In this document: positions 54,017 to 63,188 of the stretch, one piece after another
Layout: every line of letters begins with the position of its first letter
Position numbering within the stretch: position 1 is the first letter of the stretch
NCBI GenBank assembly: GCA_041917655.1
Contig: JAYRXC010000023.1
Span: 89,809 to 153,808 of the forward strand
Length of the DNA: 64,000 nt
From: Ignavibacteria bacterium
GTDB lineage: Bacteria; Bacteroidota; Ignavibacteria; Tepidaquicellales; OLB5
Direction: 5' to 3'
Made by a program: the position numbers and the translations under genes
The notes under the pieces: generated by a model
The model's input: the letters and a program-made list of their open reading frames with translations, nothing else
Told to the model about the DNA's origin: nothing
Database searches by the model: none

Positions 54017-54934
54017 ATGCCTATCCCAACCACCAGGACCAGCGAAGCAGCACATGTATTCATAAAAGAACAAAGATGTAATAACTGCGGACTTTGCGCA
54101 GAAGTTTGCAAGGATTTTACCCTCATTATGGAAGAGGGAAAAGTTAAAGTCAGCAAGACCCCTTTATTCGGTTGTATAGCCTGCGGGCAGTGTGCGGCAA
54201 TTTGTCCGCACGATGCTATTTCTATTGCAGGCAGAACGCTGCACTCAAATGATATAGTTGATCTGCCTCCAAAAAAAGTAAGGGCAACTTATGCTTCCTT
54301 GTACGACCTGCTGATATCAAGAAGGAGCGTAAGGGATTTCCGCGATGAAGAAGTTCCGCAAAACCTGATCGGGAAGATCCTTGATGCAGCGGTAACAGCG
54401 CCTATGGGCATACCGCCTTCTGATGTGGGCGTATTAGTTTTTAAAGGCAAAGAAAAGGTCCGCGCGTTTTCTTTTGATTTCATCTCAGGGCTTTCAAGAA
54501 TGAAGGTTTATTTTTCTTCAGTTATGCTTTCTTTGATGAGGCCGTTTATGAGCAAGGCCGATTACAGTTTATCCAAAAGCTTCCTGGTGCCCCTGATTGA
54601 TTTCTTTGAAAGATCAAAAAAGGAAAACAGGAATTACCTCCTGTATGACGCGCCTCTTGCGATGTATTTCTATAATTCGGGCTATTGCGACCCATGCGAC
54701 CCGTACATTCCCGCAACATATGCAATGATTGCTGCACATTCGCTTGGCTTAGGAAGCTGTATGATAGGCAGTATTGCTCCCTTCCTGAAGTATATGAAGA
54801 AGCTGAAAGCAAAATACAGTATGCCGGCCGGTTCAAAAGACGGCATTTTCCTGATATTTGGCTACCCGAAATACAAATACCAAAAAGCTATTAAAAGATC
54901 ATTCGCAAAAGTTACTTACGTGAACTGCGATTAA
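54017..54934 (+). CDS. 2x[4Fe-4S] ferredoxin domain fused to a nitroreductase-family domain
   Basis: CNNCGLCAEVC and CIACGQCAAICP clusters, then a nitroreductase-like SRRSVRDF. SD AGGAGGTG precedes the ATG at 54017. Confidence 0.75.
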   Translation: MPIPTTRTSEAAHVFIKEQRCNNCGLCAEVCKDFTLIMEEGKVKVSKTPLFGCIACGQCAAICPHDAISIAGRTLHSNDIVDLPPKKVRATYASLYDLLISRRSVRDFRDEEVPQNLIGKILDAAVTAPMGIPPSDVGVLVFKGKEKVRAFSFDFISGLSRMKVYFSSVMLSLMRPFMSKADYSLSKSFLVPLIDFFERSKKENRNYLLYDAPLAMYFYNSGYCDPCDPYIPATYAMIAAHSLGLGSCMIGSIAPFLKYMKKLKAKYSMPAGSKDGIFLIFGYPKYKYQKAIKRSFAKVTYVNCD

Positions 54935-54985
54935 TGTTATAAAATAGTTCTCATATTTTAAATCATAAATTGTTATTTTGCCGGC

Positions 54986-56083
54986 ATGGTAAAAAAGTTC
55001 TTAAGAAACGAGCTTTCATTTCTTCTGGCAATTCTTACGCTTATACTGCTTCATTTGTTCGGCAACAGTCCTTTTATCAAGGAATATTTATTGGCAGAAG
55101 CTTTGTTGTTTCTATGCATATTTGCTGTCATAATCTATGCGGCATTGGGAGTTGTGCATCATGCAGAGCTTCTTGCTTATAAGTTCGGTGAACCCTATGG
55201 AACGATGATCCTCACTCTATCCGCCGTTACTGTTGAGATCATTATGATAGCGACCATGATGTCGCATGGCGATTCAGATCCGGCTATAGCAAGAGATACC
55301 ATATTTTCAACCCTGATGATCCTGCTGAACGGCCTTACCGGCCTGATAATGCTGATCGGCGGAATGAAATATGGCGAGCAGAAATATAACCTGAAAAGTA
55401 CAAATTCCTTTTTCTCTATGATCTTCGGGATAGTAGGTATTGGCCTGTTCCTTCCGCTTGCGATACCTATAGAGAGCTTCGGGGCATTTGAAATATTTCT
55501 GATAATTATCTGTATTTTGCTTTATGTTTTTTTTCTGAGGATGCAGTCAAAAGAGCATAACTACTATTTCAAATTCGAAGGCGCGAAAAAGAACCTAAAT
55601 GATGAAAACGAACATCTTCCGCCAAGGGCAAAGATCAGCACTATTTATCACTTTGTCATGCTGCTTGCAACCATAGCCGCTATATCTGTTCTTGCCGAAA
55701 GCCTTTCCGTGTATGTGGATGACGGCATCGAAAAGCTGCATATGCCGGCTGCCGTTGCAGGGCTAATTATTGCTCTCATCATAGTTTCGCCCGAGGCGCT
55801 TACTGCGATACGTGCAGGACTTCACGATGATATGCAGCGCGTTATAAATATATCACTTGGTTCAATGCTTTCGACTGTCAGCCTCACTATACCGGCTGTG
55901 TTGATCGTGGGTTTGGCACTAAAACAGGTTGTTATGCTTGGATTAACTCCTATGCAGTCTGCGATGGTTATAACTTCACTGCTTGTGGGAATACTAACAT
56001 GCAAAGATGGTGAAAGCAACGCGCTCCAGGGATTTATCCACTTCATGCTGTTCTTAACTTTCGTATTCCTGATATTTGCGTAA
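54986..56083 (+). CDS. Ca2+/H+ antiporter (ChaA / CaCA family) membrane protein
   Basis: About 11 TM helices, 365 aa, with a two-fold internal repeat typical of cation/Ca2+ exchangers. Confidence 0.6.
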   Translation: MVKKFLRNELSFLLAILTLILLHLFGNSPFIKEYLLAEALLFLCIFAVIIYAALGVVHHAELLAYKFGEPYGTMILTLSAVTVEIIMIATMMSHGDSDPAIARDTIFSTLMILLNGLTGLIMLIGGMKYGEQKYNLKSTNSFFSMIFGIVGIGLFLPLAIPIESFGAFEIFLIIICILLYVFFLRMQSKEHNYYFKFEGAKKNLNDENEHLPPRAKISTIYHFVMLLATIAAISVLAESLSVYVDDGIEKLHMPAAVAGLIIALIIVSPEALTAIRAGLHDDMQRVINISLGSMLSTVSLTIPAVLIVGLALKQVVMLGLTPMQSAMVITSLLVGILTCKDGESNALQGFIHFMLFLTFVFLIFA

Positions 56084-57155
56084 ACGTATGTTCATGCGGG
56101 CTGTTCTTTCGGTGATCCTGTTGGTTTTCTGTACACATTCATTAAGCACAGATGTACTTTTCCTTGGTGACACTCACTTTGGCGACAACTACCAGTTTTC
56201 ACCGCTGTATAACAAAGGTGTAAATATGATTGAAGAACGCGGCTATAATATTTTTTTCGAAAATGTTAAACATATTCTGAACCGCTCCGAAGCAACCTTT
56301 GCCAACCTCGAAACACCGCTAATAAGTACTCCTGAAACTCCTGTTTCCTATTATAAGCCATACCTTCATTGGTCGGATCCAATTGGAGTCCCTAAGTATT
56401 TTGCCAAATACAATATCAAATTTGTTTCGCTGGGAAATAACCATGTGTTTGATTATGGCTTGCAGGGATTCGAACAGACAGTATTAAGCCTCCAGGCATC
56501 AGGTATCAGCTGGTTTGGGGCAGGGAGCAATGATTCGGCAGCTATTGAACCATTAATAACAACGGCAGGTAATGTAATTTTGATCGTGTTTGGTGGTTTT
56601 GAATACAGGCAGAAGTATGATACATTGTATGATTTTTATGCGTCACAAAATAAACCGGGCGTCAATAAGCTGGATACTACCACACTTAATCCGGTGATCA
56701 AAGAATACCGCCAAAAATATCCGGGAGCTATGATTGTAATATACCCTCATTGGGGAAGCAACTATAAACCTGCCGGCGCGACGCCAAAAAAAATGGCGCA
56801 TTCATTTATTGAAGCAGGCGCAGATATTATAGTCGGTCACGGCGCGCACACCGTGCAGGAAGCTGAACTGTTTAAAGGAAAGTGGATATTCTATAATATC
56901 GGGAACTTTATCTTCAATGCGCCGGGTAGGTATAGCTCAACAAGCGCGAAGCCGTATGGAATGATGGTGAGCCTGAAGATAGCGGGTTCGGAGATACAAC
57001 CTGTTATCTATCCTGTTTTTACAAATAATAAAGAGAGTGATTACAGTTTGAGACTGCTGGATGACGTTGAACTTGAAGACTGCGCTGATTTTGTTTTCGG
57101 CAAAACAAATTTTTTTGTCAATTACAATGAACACAGTATCACCCTTAACAAGTGA
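56076..57155 (+). CDS. CapA-family (PGA_cap) metallophosphatase-like protein
   Basis: FLGDTHFG, FANLETP, SLGNNHVFDYG, PHWG, VGHGAH motifs. The start is uncertain (TTG at 56076 or ATG at 56088 or 56094). Confidence 0.75.
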   Translation: MRKRMFMRAVLSVILLVFCTHSLSTDVLFLGDTHFGDNYQFSPLYNKGVNMIEERGYNIFFENVKHILNRSEATFANLETPLISTPETPVSYYKPYLHWSDPIGVPKYFAKYNIKFVSLGNNHVFDYGLQGFEQTVLSLQASGISWFGAGSNDSAAIEPLITTAGNVILIVFGGFEYRQKYDTLYDFYASQNKPGVNKLDTTTLNPVIKEYRQKYPGAMIVIYPHWGSNYKPAGATPKKMAHSFIEAGADIIVGHGAHTVQEAELFKGKWIFYNIGNFIFNAPGRYSSTSAKPYGMMVSLKIAGSEIQPVIYPVFTNNKESDYSLRLLDDVELEDCADFVFGKTNFFVNYNEHSITLNK

Positions 57156-57156
57156 A

Positions 57157-57708
57157 TCAGTTTATCATTACTCTAATGGTATTTGATTTCAGCTCGCCTG
57201 TCCATGCTTCAACGTATTCTTTGCTGGAGAAATCAGTGTACCGGCTGTTCACAAGATAGTAGTTATCTTTTTCGGTTAAAACTGCGTGGTAAGTTATGTC
57301 GAATTCCCATTTGCCCCACGGCGGCGCACTGCGGCAAAGCCAGCCAATAGAATAATACCCGTTTGATATGAACTCTTCACCCGGCTCAATTTTTACAAAT
57401 GATTCATAACTATGTGAATTGTGATAAGTGAAAGTGCTGTCGTTAACTTTGTCATATTCATATATTCTGAAACAATATCCCGAGCTTGACCTTTCTCCAA
57501 AATAACTCAGGTCAAACTGCCGGTCGGTTTTTAAATAAACACTTTGTGCAGTGTTGTTTCTAAAAGTTGTTGTGATCTTCATATACCGTTCGCGGCCAAA
57601 TGCAAACCGTTGGTTGTATTCGGCAGAATCAGATGCAATTGTAACTTCAATTCCCTGTGCAAATGATACCGCTGATGTTAAAAACAAAATTAAGAATAGT
57701 GCTTTCAT
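57157..57708 (-). CDS. Hypothetical secreted protein
   Basis: Signal peptide MKALFLILFLTSAVSFAQG from the ATG at 57708. The ORF track extends to 57765. Confidence 0.5.
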   Translation of the reverse strand: MKALFLILFLTSAVSFAQGIEVTIASDSAEYNQRFAFGRERYMKITTTFRNNTAQSVYLKTDRQFDLSYFGERSSSGYCFRIYEYDKVNDSTFTYHNSHSYESFVKIEPGEEFISNGYYSIGWLCRSAPPWGKWEFDITYHAVLTEKDNYYLVNSRYTDFSSKEYVEAWTGELKSNTIRVMIN

Positions 57709-57715
57709 ATCGGTC

Positions 57716-58663
57716 TTAGCCTCCATTTGAGATAATAAAATTCCGGATGTTGCTGCAGGTATCATCTATCATTGCCGTTACAGCACCGGAAGTGTGGCTT
57801 GATTTGTGCGGTGACATCACAACATTAGGCAGTTCCCAAAACGGATAGTTAGCCGGCATTTCCGGTTTGGTTTCTTTACCTGGATATCTATACCAAACAT
57901 CCAATGCAGCACCTGCAGCTATATTATTCTTTAGAGCATTATACAATGCTTCTTCCTGGATTGTTTCACCTCTTCCAACGGAAATTATGTATTTTCCTTT
58001 TAAAGCCGCAATATTTTTGCTGTTTATTATGTGTTTTGTTTCCGGCGTAAGCGGCAAAACATTGAATATTACATCACTTTTTTGAAACAGGTCTTCAAGG
58101 CTGTTGGTTAATTCCACGCCGTTATCGTCAGATACCGGGGTAATATTCCTTCTGAAGCCGGTGATTTTGCAGTCAAAGGGTTTTAGATATGCTGCTATAC
58201 ATCTTCCAATATGTCCGTAACCTAGAATGCCGCAGCGTTTACCGCGCAGCGTTGTCCACATGTCCTGATCTTCCTTCGTTCTGTTCCATACGCCCTGTTT
58301 CAGGTCATTGTGAAATTCATTCACCCTTCCAAGTAATGCCATTGCAAGCGCGATGGCATGCTCGGCAACAAATGGTGCGTTTGCATGGGTATTATATAAA
58401 GCAATGTTCCTTTTCTTAATCTCTTCAACCGGAAAATTGTTAAGTCCGGTGAATGGAACAATGACAGCCTTAAGCTTTGTTGATGCTGCATGCTCATCAG
58501 CAGTCAGCCTCCCGCAAATAACTGCATCTGCTGATTTGAGCTCAGTCATTCTTTCGGCAGACTCGCTGTTAACCCGAAAAGTCACACCTGGAAACTCCAG
58601 CCTAAGCTTTTCTAGCTGTTCTTTCCAGTAGCCTTCAGGTTCAAACAATAAAAGTATTTTCAT
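57716..58663 (-). CDS. D-isomer-specific 2-hydroxyacid dehydrogenase family protein
   Basis: NAD-binding GILGYGHIGRCIA and the catalytic region. Start reassigned to MKILLLFEPEG (58663). Confidence 0.8.
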   Translation of the reverse strand: MKILLLFEPEGYWKEQLEKLRLEFPGVTFRVNSESAERMTELKSADAVICGRLTADEHAASTKLKAVIVPFTGLNNFPVEEIKKRNIALYNTHANAPFVAEHAIALAMALLGRVNEFHNDLKQGVWNRTKEDQDMWTTLRGKRCGILGYGHIGRCIAAYLKPFDCKITGFRRNITPVSDDNGVELTNSLEDLFQKSDVIFNVLPLTPETKHIINSKNIAALKGKYIISVGRGETIQEEALYNALKNNIAAGAALDVWYRYPGKETKPEMPANYPFWELPNVVMSPHKSSHTSGAVTAMIDDTCSNIRNFIISNGG

Positions 58664-58808
58664 ATTTTTGTTATGAATTATCTCTTCAAGTTTTTCAATT
58701 CTCATACCCGCACTACATCCAAATCTCATTCCCAAACTCCAGTTTGGGAATGGAGAGAAGTTCCCACTTTCCTCTTGAGAGAGAGGGTAGGTGGTGAGGT
58801 GATTAACC

Positions 58809-59303
58809 TCACCACCCATCCGAGCCTTCTTCGCCTTTGAAGGGGCCCACAATATTTTTCGTTATCCACCCGCCGTAAAACCTGCCCGGCTGCGGTGTCA
58901 CAAGCTCATCATCAATGTAACACTCATCCATCTTCTGGGCATAAAACGCCATGTGGTCCTTCAGCGCTTTGAAGCCTTCTACCGGCTTGGGGTAATACCA
59001 GCAGGCATAGCGCACCTGTTTATCATCCACATTCAGATGGTAGTAATTCGCGGAGCCTTTCCATTCGCAGAATGAATGGTTTTCGGCAGGGGAGAGCAGT
59101 TCGGTTTTTACATCCTGCGGAGGAATGTAATAGACCGGCGGGTGTGAAGTCTCCAGTACGCGCTTTGCGCGTGTTGTATCAGCTATTATTTCTCCCGCAA
59201 ATTTAATTATAATGTGTCCGTTGAAATCTTCGATCTTTGGCGGGCGGGGGTAATCCCAAACTGATTCCTGCCCCGCTTTTGGTGTGATTGGTTTTGGTCT
59301 CAT
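58809..59303 (-). CDS. DUF427 domain protein
   Basis: ESVWDYPRPP and CEWKG.A.YY signature blocks. Confidence 0.7.
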   Translation of the reverse strand: MRPKPITPKAGQESVWDYPRPPKIEDFNGHIIIKFAGEIIADTTRAKRVLETSHPPVYYIPPQDVKTELLSPAENHSFCEWKGSANYYHLNVDDKQVRYACWYYPKPVEGFKALKDHMAFYAQKMDECYIDDELVTPQPGRFYGGWITKNIVGPFKGEEGSDGW

Positions 59304-59341
59304 TTTCTCAACTGTAATAATTTAAAATGTTTAATACCCGC

Positions 59342-59371
59342 AAAATAAAAAAGGCAGATATGATCTGCCTT
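59342..59371 (-). terminator. Intrinsic terminator of apaG
   Basis: Stem aaggcagat/atctgcctt followed by a T-rich run on the minus strand. Confidence 0.7.
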
Positions 59372-59397
59372 ATAATAATCTTGGTTTAAAATTGGCT

Positions 59398-59811
59398 CTA
59401 CGCCAGCACTTCGCTGCTGACCAGGTAGAATCTTTCTATCGTCGCCTCGAACTTCTGTCCGTTATCGCGGATCATTGTATAAGAACCTTCCATTGTGCCC
59501 CAGTTTGTGTTGATAGGGCAGTGGCTGGAGTATTCAAACGATTCGCCAGGCTCAAGCTCGGGAGTATAGCCAACAACGCCCGGACCGTCAACGCGCTCCT
59601 GGTCGCCATCCGCATTTATTATAAGCCAATGCCGGGAAAGCAGCTTAACCTTAGCTTCGCTTTCGTTGGTGATTATCACCTTGTAAGTAAATGAAAATCT
59701 ATTAGTTTCGGGGCTTGATTGCTCCGGGATATACTCCGGGAAAACCTGGACCCTGACCCCCTCAGTTACAGTATCAGAGCCAATTTCATGAACAGCGGTA
59801 ATGTTTTGCAT
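59398..59811 (-). CDS. apaG: ApaG (DUF525) protein
   Basis: F.Y.I.I.N......LLSRHW.I.....E.V.G.GVVG..P.L.PGE.F.Y.S pattern. Confidence 0.8.
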   Translation of the reverse strand: MQNITAVHEIGSDTVTEGVRVQVFPEYIPEQSSPETNRFSFTYKVIITNESEAKVKLLSRHWLIINADGDQERVDGPGVVGYTPELEPGESFEYSSHCPINTNWGTMEGSYTMIRDNGQKFEATIERFYLVSSEVLA

Positions 59812-59948
59812 GGTGTAATTTTAACACAATATTCAGATAAAATCAATGGGTTTGTGAAGTGTGAAAAATTTTTGGATAACGGGAGAATTAGTTGTCTTTT
59901 CGTTGTATGCTGTAAACTGCAGCAACAGTCAGGCGCCAATAACGTGGA

Positions 59949-60017
59949 AATTCTATTCCCCTTTCAAGAAGGGTGGCACTCCGTAAGGAGTGACGGGTGT
60001 GTTCAACCAATTCTATT
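59949..60017. repeat. 51-nt hairpin cassette flanked by the 9-nt direct repeat AATTCTATT
   Basis: Direct repeat at 59949-59957 and 60009-60017. Interior hairpins ccctt-tcaag-aaggg and cactcc-gtaa-ggagtg. Confidence 0.45.
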
Positions 60018-60111
60018 TTGCTGTCAATTATTAATTCTTGTTTGCAGAGTCCTGCTCTCTCAAGGTCTCTGGAATGAACTATAAACCTGCCAGGTTTGAA
60101 CAGCGGAGGAC

Positions 60112-60152
60112 TACCCCCATGTGTTCCCCCTTCCAGGGGGAAATGGTTCTTC
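60112..60152. repeat. 40-nt GC hairpin element, copy 2 (see 2818-2857)
   Basis: About 36 of 40 nt identical to copy 1. Confidence 0.65.
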
Positions 60153-60378
60153 GATGGGCTGCGCCTATCGCTAATGTACTTCCATCCTTTCAGGGCTGAA
60201 AGTTAGCCCACGGATTTATCCGTGGGAATACTAAACGATAAAATCCGCTGAACCACTTCAGTGGTTTTAAACCGTTGAAACGGTTAATGATATTTTTGTG
60301 CTGAATTAACCCCACGACTGAAGTCGTGGGCTGTTTGAACTACAGGTGACCCGCTTATTGGAAACATTAAGGACGGGA

Positions 60379-60426
60379 GAAAAAATTGTTGGTGAAGAAC
60401 TGCACCAGCGGTCAGACACCAACAAT
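60379..60426 (-). terminator. Intrinsic terminator of the ABC transporter gene
   Basis: Stem attgttggtg/caccaacaat followed by T6-7 on the minus strand. Confidence 0.65.
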
Positions 60427-60480
60427 GTAGGAATATTTTTATTTGTTTTTTGCTATTTGTTATTTGATGTATGCTATTTG

Positions 60481-62283
60481 TTATTTTATTTTTGCCAATT
60501 CTCTCGGGCGGATATCTTCGGCCAAGCCCTTGCCGTTTTGCCTGTGGCGTTCACCTATCTGCTGGCGCCACATTGCGTAATACAATCCTTTTATCTCAAG
60601 CAGCTCTTCATGCCTGCCTTCTTCAACTATATGTCCGCGCTCAAGTACGAATATTTTATCTGCATGCATTATTGTCGATAGTCTGTGCGCGATCAGTATT
60701 GTAATATGGTCGGTTCTTGCGGATACATCACGGATCGTTTGACCTATCTCTTCCTCGGTGAGTGAATCCAGCGCCGATGTTGCCTCATCGAATACAAGCA
60801 GCTTTGGTTTCCTCAGCAGCGCGCGTGCAATCGATAGCCGCTGCTTCTCGCCGCCGGAGACTTTCACGCCGCCTTCACCAATTACAGTATCAATCCCTTT
60901 ATCCGCCCGCGCAAGCAAATTCTGGCATGCGGCCTTATTCAGCGCATCCATTATCTCCGCATCACTGGCGTTCGGATTTACAAACAGGAGGTTCTCTTTA
61001 ATTGTGCCGGCGAATAGCTGTGTATCCTGCGTCACAAATCCGATCTGGTTTCTCAGCAGGTCGAAATCAATTTCGCTTCCCGGCACACCGTTATAATAAA
61101 TTGTGCCTGATTGCGGCGAGTACAATCCGACCAGCAGCTTCACAAGCGTGGTCTTTCCTGCGCCCGAGGGACCTACAAATGCCACTGTTTGACCGAGCGT
61201 GGTTTTAAATGTGATGTTCTCAAGCGCGTGATTGGCAGCGCTTAGATGTTTAAAAGTTACACCTTCGAATGCGAAAGTCTCGATCTTACCTATTGATACC
61301 GGCTTTTCAGGTTTTTTCTCAAGCGGAGTTTCTATGATATCCTTGAAGTTATTCAATGATACTTCAGTTTCCCTGTAAACATTGATTATATTGCCAAGCT
61401 CCTGCAGTGGACCGAAAATAAAGAATGAATAAATGTAGAGCGAAAAGAATTCACCTGCTGTTATCACTCGGGAGAAAATCAGGTACATCATTAAAAATAA
61501 TATCGATGTCCTGAGGAAGTTTACAATTGTTCCCTGGATGAAGCTCAGGCTTCGAACAAACCTGACCTTCTTCAGCTCAAGCCCAAGGATCTTTTCAGTT
61601 GTAGAATTTAGCCTGTTGATTTCCTGTCCGGCTAAACCAAGACTCTTAACAAGCTCGATGTTCCTTAACGATTCTGTTGTTGTTCCGGCAAGAGCGGTTG
61701 TTTCACCTACTATCTTTTTCTGTATAACCTTGATCTTTTTACTGAGCTTAGAGCTAATAAAAGCTATAAGCGGGGCAGTAACCGCATACACGGGGAAGAT
61801 AACCCAATGGATTGAAAATGAATATATTGTCACAAATATCAGTCCGATAAGAGTTGTATATACTATATTTATTGCCAGCGCTATCAGCTTTTCTACATCC
61901 GTGCGGACTTTCTGCAGCACACCAAGAGTTTCGCCGCTGCGCTTATCTTCAAATACCTGGTAGGGAAGCTCAAGTGAGTGCTGTATGCCGTCGGCGTACA
62001 TACGCGCCCCGAGCTTCTGGGTTATCATATTAATGTAGTAATCCTGGAAGTTTTTTGCTACCCTTGATACAAACGCCGCGCCTATGCCAAGCCCGAGCAG
62101 CAGCCCCACACCTTTGAAGAACTCTTCCGAGGTGTATTTATCGAATTTTGTGGCGTAATCATCAATTATGTATCTCACGATCAGCGGATCCATCATTGAG
62201 AACATCTGGTTTACGGCTGCTAAAACGAGTGCAAGGATAATAAATCCCCTGTAAGCTTTTAAATACGAAAGAAGTAATTTCAT
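60481..62283 (-). CDS. ABC transporter, fused permease/ATP-binding (MsbA/multidrug exporter type)
   Basis: Six-TM N-terminal domain, Walker A GPSGAGKTT, signature VSGGEKQRLSIARA, Walker B LLVFDEATSALD. Confidence 0.9.
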   Translation of the reverse strand: MKLLLSYLKAYRGFIILALVLAAVNQMFSMMDPLIVRYIIDDYATKFDKYTSEEFFKGVGLLLGLGIGAAFVSRVAKNFQDYYINMITQKLGARMYADGIQHSLELPYQVFEDKRSGETLGVLQKVRTDVEKLIALAINIVYTTLIGLIFVTIYSFSIHWVIFPVYAVTAPLIAFISSKLSKKIKVIQKKIVGETTALAGTTTESLRNIELVKSLGLAGQEINRLNSTTEKILGLELKKVRFVRSLSFIQGTIVNFLRTSILFLMMYLIFSRVITAGEFFSLYIYSFFIFGPLQELGNIINVYRETEVSLNNFKDIIETPLEKKPEKPVSIGKIETFAFEGVTFKHLSAANHALENITFKTTLGQTVAFVGPSGAGKTTLVKLLVGLYSPQSGTIYYNGVPGSEIDFDLLRNQIGFVTQDTQLFAGTIKENLLFVNPNASDAEIMDALNKAACQNLLARADKGIDTVIGEGGVKVSGGEKQRLSIARALLRKPKLLVFDEATSALDSLTEEEIGQTIRDVSARTDHITILIAHRLSTIMHADKIFVLERGHIVEEGRHEELLEIKGLYYAMWRQQIGERHRQNGKGLAEDIRPRELAKIK

Positions 62284-62465
62284 TTATGGATTGTTAGGCT
62301 GCAATTTTAACTAATTTAACTTTACCAAAAAAGGTATTACATATTGATATTTCATGATGAAAGTTCATTTATGATTGCTCCCCACTCCCTCCGGCATAGG
62401 GTTGGAGAGTGAGGGCATATTATCTAAGACGTAATTAACTATTTTTTATTTTGTTAAGAAATAGT

Positions 62466-62473
62466 TATCTTTG
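62466..62473 (+). promoter_or_regulatory. Candidate -7 box TATCTTTG of the HU gene
   Basis: TAnnTTTG match about 47 nt upstream of the ATG at 62520. Confidence 0.45.
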
Positions 62474-62519
62474 TGTAATTCCAAATACAATTAATTAAAT
62501 CAATTAAATAGTAAACAAC

Positions 62520-62798
62520 ATGACAAGAGAAGAGATCATTGCAAAAATGGCTGAAGATGCAGATACCACAAAGGTTGCTGCAAAGGCAGCATTAGATTCA
62601 TTCATCGGCTGTGTAACAAAGACCCTGAAAAAGGGCGGAAAAGTTTCGCTCGTTGGATTCGGTACATTTTCAGTTTCCAAAAGAGCTGCAAGACAGGGAA
62701 GGAATCCCCAGACCGGCGCAACGATCAACATCGCTGCAAGAAAAGTTGCCAGGTTCAAAGCAGGCAAAGGTCTTTCAGATACCGTTAACGGAAAATAA
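62520..62798 (+). CDS. hup: HU family DNA-binding protein
   Basis: GFGTFSVSKRAARQGRNPQTGATINIAARKVARFKAGK. Confidence 0.9.
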   Translation: MTREEIIAKMAEDADTTKVAAKAALDSFIGCVTKTLKKGGKVSLVGFGTFSVSKRAARQGRNPQTGATINIAARKVARFKAGKGLSDTVNGK

Positions 62799-62816
62799 TT
62801 TTATTTCCATCTCAAG

Positions 62817-62847
62817 AAAAAGGACGGTTATTAACCGTCCTTTTTTT
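62817..62847. terminator. Bidirectional-looking intrinsic terminator after HU
   Basis: A5-ggacggtt-att-aaccgtcc-T7. Confidence 0.8.
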
Positions 62848-62856
62848 ATGTGCTTC

Positions 62857-62978
62857 ACTCATCCGATGATTCAATTTCCTTAAGAATTGGAATAAACTTT
62901 GATAAAAGGGAATTTCGCAAACGGGCTTGATTTCAATTTTCAGTCATCGGATGAGTGTACTAATGGTCATCGGATGAG
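62857..62978. repeat. MITE-like element with ACTCATCCGATGA terminal inverted repeats plus an extra solo terminus
   Basis: Inverted repeats at 62857-62869 and 62944-62956, solo copy at 62967-62978. The right end in reverse complement matches the left end of the 2588 element at about 21 of 22 nt. Confidence 0.6.
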
Positions 62979-62992
62979 AATAAACAAAATCA

Positions 62993-63124
62993 TCACATAT
63001 CCCTGAAGCTCGAGCTTACTACGATCAGCTTAATACTCAGGTAAATAACAACACCTGTTGAGAGTATCAAAAACCAAATCAATGCTTTTGAAAGAAGGCT
63101 TGTCTTTTTGGCTGTCTCTTCCAT
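62993..63124 (-). CDS. Possible 43-aa single-TM peptide (MEETAKKTSLLSKALIWFLILSTGVVIYLSIKLIVVSSSFRDM)
   Basis: Short ORF 64 nt downstream of the lipoprotein gene, with no SD. Confidence 0.3.
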   Translation of the reverse strand: MEETAKKTSLLSKALIWFLILSTGVVIYLSIKLIVVSSSFRDM

Positions 63125-63188
63125 AATTTTCTGTATTGAGATTATTTAATATGATTATATAGTTCTTTACTGATTATCAATGAATGCA

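Noticed and set aside
58664-58852. 63-aa N-terminal extension of the 2-hydroxyacid dehydrogenase ORF (track 57716-58852)
   Set aside because: The extension translates the palindromic elements cccaaact-cc-agtttggg and ggtggtgagg-tgattaa-cctcaccacc and overlaps the 3' end of the DUF427 gene. The conserved N-terminus MKILLLFEPEG starts at 58663. The second palindrome also supplies the last codons and stop of DUF427. I treat that as coincidental overlap with a 3' hairpin.
60451-60487. The 21-nt duplication tgctatttgttattt as a functional repeat
   Set aside because: The sequence is AT-rich and low-complexity and overlaps the ABC transporter stop codon. Similarity at this level is expected by chance in T-rich 3' regions.
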